The notes beneath the pieces are model-generated. The model ran no database searches. It had not been told where the DNA came from and worked only from the letters and a program-made list of their open reading frames with translations. From Dehalococcoidia bacterium (GTDB lineage Bacteria > Chloroflexota > Dehalococcoidia > Dehalococcoidales > RBG-16-60-22), in NCBI GenBank assembly GCA_041300405.1, contig JBGLNK010000001.1:954133-1018132 (forward strand): a stretch of DNA of 64,000 bases, read 5' to 3'. Positions 60,848 to 64,000 of this stretch are shown here, piece after piece; the stretch's first letter is position 1; each line of letters opens with the position of its first letter. A program made the translations under genes and the position numbers.

Positions 60848-61609
60848 ATGTCCGGACACAATAAATGGTCAAAAATCAAGCATCAAAAAGGCGCTTCAGA
60901 TGTCAAAAGAGGTAATCTTTATACCAAGCTTACGCGTGAAATCATCATCTCCACCCGTGAAGGCGGCGCAGACCCGGACGGCAACTTCCGCCTGCGCATA
61001 GCCATCCAGAAAGCCCGCGATGCCAACATGCCCATGGATAACATCGACCGGGCTATTAAAAAAGGCAGCGGTATTGGTGAAGGCGGCGTAGCCCTTGCCG
61101 AAATGACTCTCGAAGGTTACGGGCCCGGTGGAATTGCCGTCCTTGTAAACGGCCTCTCTGACAACCGCAACCGCACCGTCCAGGAGGTCAGGAGCACCTT
61201 TACCCGCCACGGCGGCAACATGGCGGAAAGCGGCAGCGTGAGCTGGCAGTTTGAAAACAAGGGACTCATTACCATCGACGCGGAAAACCTGGATGCTGAT
61301 GAAGTGTCCTTGCAGGCTATCGATGCCGGCGCTGAAGATGTCAAGGCAGAAGGCGGCGTGATAGAAATTTATACCGCGCCTACGGACCTGATGAAAGTCA
61401 GGCAGGCCCTGGAAAAGCAAAATATTAAAGTGGCTGAAAGCGAGCTTCAGAAAATAGCGAAAACCCAGGTGAAACTCGATGATAGAGCCGGCGTGCAGGC
61501 CATGAAACTGCTGGATAAACTGGAATCACTCGATGATGTCCAGAACGTTTACAGCAACGCCGATATCTCAGAAGCTGCCGCGACCGCTTACGATGCGGAA
61601 GCTTCTTAA
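60848..61609 (+). CDS. yebC: YebC/PmpR-family protein
   Basis: MSGHNKWSKIKHQK, YGPGG, DNRNRT, LDDVQNVYSN. Confidence 0.97.
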   Translation: MSGHNKWSKIKHQKGASDVKRGNLYTKLTREIIISTREGGADPDGNFRLRIAIQKARDANMPMDNIDRAIKKGSGIGEGGVALAEMTLEGYGPGGIAVLVNGLSDNRNRTVQEVRSTFTRHGGNMAESGSVSWQFENKGLITIDAENLDADEVSLQAIDAGAEDVKAEGGVIEIYTAPTDLMKVRQALEKQNIKVAESELQKIAKTQVKLDDRAGVQAMKLLDKLESLDDVQNVYSNADISEAAATAYDAEAS

Positions 61610-61639
61610 ATAATCACTTTTCGTCATCCGCGCTTTTGG

Positions 61640-61664
61640 AATCCCCCTCTCACCAAGGGGGATT
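61640..61664. repeat. REP-like palindrome (same family as 6983-7018)
   Basis: AATCCCCC-TCTCACCAA-GGGGGATT. Confidence 0.65.
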
Positions 61665-61849
61665 TTCTTTTTCCCTTTCTCGCTTCCCTGCCACCTCATT
61701 CGACTACGCCGGATTACCTGGATACAGTTTTTCAACGGTATGGTTATTTATTTGATAATTCCCCATTCTTCTTTTTCTATTTTATAATTAGGGAAGCTCT
61801 GAATATGTAGTTCTATATTTGAATACATGACTATTTTAATGCCATGATA

Positions 61850-61929
61850 GAGATTGCCACGCCTACCGATTTGGAGTAAAGGAGGACATCGGGATGGCGC
61901 GGCACGACATGTCGTGACGACGCAATGAC
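61850..61929. repeat. GTCATTGCG...GCAATCTC-type REP with nested palindromes
   Basis: GAGATTGCCACGCC...CGCAATGAC enclosing CCGAT..ATCGG and CACGACATGTCGTG. Confidence 0.6.
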
Positions 61930-62109
61930 TTGTACAGAGGTTTCTTAGCTTGTCCCGGCGCCTTTTCTTTACTTCGCCTCCGGCAAACCGCTTTCCTCCA
62001 GCCAGTCCCGATTGTATCGGGAGCGGGTATTCAGCGGAGGTTTAATGACAATATTTTCTCTCCCCTTTCCCTTGACTCGACCTTCCAATATATCTATGAT
62101 AATGCTAGG

Positions 62110-62255
62110 ATGAAGATTTTAGGCGTCGACCCGGGCACCGTAGTGATGGGCTGGGGTGTTATCGATAGTGACAGCGGTGAGATAGCCCTGGTCAGCTACG
62201 GCGCGATAAAAGTCCCCGAACATTCAGAAATCGGGGAACGCTTGAGCTTCCTTTA
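62110..62255 (+). CDS. ruvC: Holliday-junction resolvase RuvC, N-terminal fragment
   Basis: MKILGVDPG...GWGVI...YGAI...GERLSFLYN, then breaks; follows yebC as is usual. Confidence 0.85.
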
Positions 62256-62261
62256 TAACAA

Positions 62262-62453
62262 TTGGTTTTGCCATCGGTTGCCAATAAAAAAATTACTGTT
62301 AAAGCTTTTCTACGGAATTTTAAACCTGCACAGATTTTTTATGGAGATGCCATGAGCGATTCGGTTACGATGGAAGTTTCGATTACTGAAAAGCTTTCAG
62401 GAAAAGTAACCCTAGGAGTTTATGGAGTTAAGGTGCTTAAGGCTATTAAATAA
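62262..62453 (+). CDS. unassigned C-terminal gene fragment (weak resemblance to glycosidase C-terminal beta domain)
   Basis: Open frame ending KLSGKVTLGVYGVKVLKAIK*; AT-rich sliver between two junctions. Confidence 0.3.
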   Translation: MVLPSVANKKITVKAFLRNFKPAQIFYGDAMSDSVTMEVSITEKLSGKVTLGVYGVKVLKAIK

Positions 62454-63068
62454 TGATGCGTTGACTTCCTGCGCGACTCCGGTCCTCTCCCTGATTAACA
62501 GCGCTGTCATAATGCCGTAGGCCAGTGTCATCCCGGTGATAAAGTCAGCGTAAGCTATAGGAGTCTGTACAGGTTCGGAACCCGGTACCTGGAGAATGTG
62601 GAGTAATCCTGAACGGGAATCGCCCGCGGTCGGCCCGAAGCCTGGCTCATTTCTTTCCGGGCCTTTATTTCCGAAGCCGGTAAGGTTGGCGCAGATAAGC
62701 CGGGGATTTATTTTTTGCAAAGTCTCGAATTCCAGCTTGAATTTTTCCAGTTCTCGCGGGCGGAAATTATTGATAAATACATCCGCGGTTTCCAGTAGTT
62801 TACGCAGGATTTTAAGTCCTTCTTCCTGTGCGAGGTCGAGAGCAATGCCGCGTTTATTGCAGTTGATGTTTTGTTCAACATAATCAAAATCAGCCGCTAT
62901 CCGGCGGGTGTCCCTGGTAGGTGCCGGTCTGTGCATTAATCCTCCCCGAGATGTCTGATCGATGTGTATAACATCTGCGCCCCAGTCCGCCAATAAGCGT
63001 CCCACCATAGGTACGGCAACAGCTGAAGCAGCCTCGATAACTTTTATTCCTTCAATACCTGTTTTCAT
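62442..63068 (-). CDS. CaiB/BaiF (family III) CoA transferase, truncated
   Basis: LADWGADVIHI, NCNKRGIALDL, ADVFINNFRP, GFGNKGP, ADFITG. Confidence 0.88.
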
Positions 63069-63102
63069 TTTACTTTCTCCTCTTCTGTCAAATGGTATGT
63101 AT

Positions 63103-63921
63103 TTACCTGTTTCTTTCCGTATTTGTGTTAGGGTCTCGAAATAACTTTTGCGCGATGATGGCAGCTCCAGCAGCGCCGACTATTTGAGGTTCGAAGCAGA
63201 TGTTTGCCTTTATACCCAGACTTTCCTCGATCCTTTTAACCACGCCGGTGTTTTTAGCAATCCCGCCTGATATTACCAGCTCCTCTTTTACGCCGATGCG
63301 TTGCAGAAGGGCAATTACCCGCCGCACCAGCGAATCACAGTAAGCTGCCAGGACAACGTTTCTGGGAATGCCGGAACGCAGCAGCCTGAGAGCCTCTGAT
63401 TTCGCAAAAACCACGCATGCGCTGCCTATTTGCGGTGGTTTTCCTTCAATATTAAGGGACATTTGCCCGATATCCTGGATCTGGATGTCAAAAAGTTTCG
63501 CGATGACTTCCATGGCTCTGCCGGTTCCCGCCGCGCATTTGTCATTCATGACGAAGTTAGTGGCCCTTCCGCTTTCATCGCAGCTTATAGCTTTGCAATC
63601 CTGGCCTCCCATGTCCAGCACCGTTCTCGCTTCAGGAAAAAAATAGTGAGCCCCGCGGGCGTGACAGGTTATTTCCGTTACATTTTTATCGGCGAAGGGC
63701 ACCTGGTAGCGCCCGTATCCGGTCCCGACGGTGTATTTGATGTCTTCCATTGATATCCCCGTCCCGTTTAATGCCGCTTCGATGGCGCGGAACGCGGTAT
63801 CTGTCTTGTTTATCCCCGCGTTCATGTTGCTGTAAGATACGATGCTTCTATTTTTCATGATCACTGCCTGCGCACTCGATGAACCGATGTCGATGCCGGC
63901 GGTGATTATTTCTTCTGTCAT
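63103..63921 (-). CDS. bzdQ: BzdQ/BcrA-like benzoyl-CoA reductase ATPase subunit
   Basis: TVLDMGGQDCKAI.CD, MNDKCAAGTGR.MEVI, CVVFAKSEAL.LL..G, VLAAYC, LLQRIGV, GGIAKNTGVVKRIE. Confidence 0.7.
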   Translation of the reverse strand: MTEEIITAGIDIGSSSAQAVIMKNRSIVSYSNMNAGINKTDTAFRAIEAALNGTGISMEDIKYTVGTGYGRYQVPFADKNVTEITCHARGAHYFFPEARTVLDMGGQDCKAISCDESGRATNFVMNDKCAAGTGRAMEVIAKLFDIQIQDIGQMSLNIEGKPPQIGSACVVFAKSEALRLLRSGIPRNVVLAAYCDSLVRRVIALLQRIGVKEELVISGGIAKNTGVVKRIEESLGIKANICFEPQIVGAAGAAIIAQKLFRDPNTNTERNR

Positions 63922-64000
63922 TTTTGTTCCTTGTTTTGGTACTGTTTTCCTTGCCCTGCCACCGCCGCGCCGACGGCCGCCACGATGTGCGGTTCTTCCG
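63918..64000 (-). CDS. C-terminus of a second activase-type subunit (BzdP/BcrD-like), runs off window
   Basis: EEPHIVAAVGAAVA...; TGA overlaps the ATG of the bzdQ-like gene. Confidence 0.6.
   Translation of the reverse strand, partial: EEPHIVAAVGAAVAGQGKQYQNKEQK

Noticed and set aside
61930-62355. 141-aa ORF as a full gene
   Set aside because: It is an upstream extension plus the ruvC 5' fragment (ATG 62110) plus out-of-frame sequence after the junction.

Overview
This 64-kb window most likely comes from a member of class Dehalococcoidia (Chloroflexota). That is an inference from a DsiB/ssrA-att remnant, Thr-linker ABC binding lipoproteins, the cupin paralogues and the PilM-PilN fusion. It is not one continuous locus: at least 15 abrupt junctions cut genes mid-domain and join unrelated ones. 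Many blocks are about 5.6-5.85 kb, some are 0.1-0.7 kb slivers, and several joins show short overlaps readable in both parent genes. The pattern points to concatenated or chimeric MAG/SAG contigs, so apparent domain fusions and cross-junction synteny should not be trusted. Content within blocks: trehalose/glycogen genes (MscS-DUF5752, otsB fragment, DUF3536 fragment, SemiSWEET, glgB, glgP), comM, surface proteins, an S8 protease, a MASE3-PAS kinase, an AprBA-like flavoprotein pair, tRNA-Val(CAC) with several att-like remnants, a peptide/nickel-type ABC operon, dodecin, a type IV pilus cluster, queH, an ECF sigma/anti-sigma/SIMPL cluster, rimI-yebC-ruvC', and Bzd-type benzoyl-CoA reductase activase genes with a CoA transferase. 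No complete new system can be proven from sequence alone. The best leads are (1) a DUF559 nuclease cassette bounded by a perfect 17-bp direct repeat and several REP-like palindromes, (2) tandem tRNA-Val 3' copies whose T-arm is replaced by a foreign palindrome, (3) an unassigned multi-stem RNA candidate at 42.5 kb, and (4) a Zn-ribbon-capped coiled-coil protein with a ~37-residue repeat. Junction coordinates are estimates (about +/-20 bp). Family assignments come from motif recognition; no database search was run.
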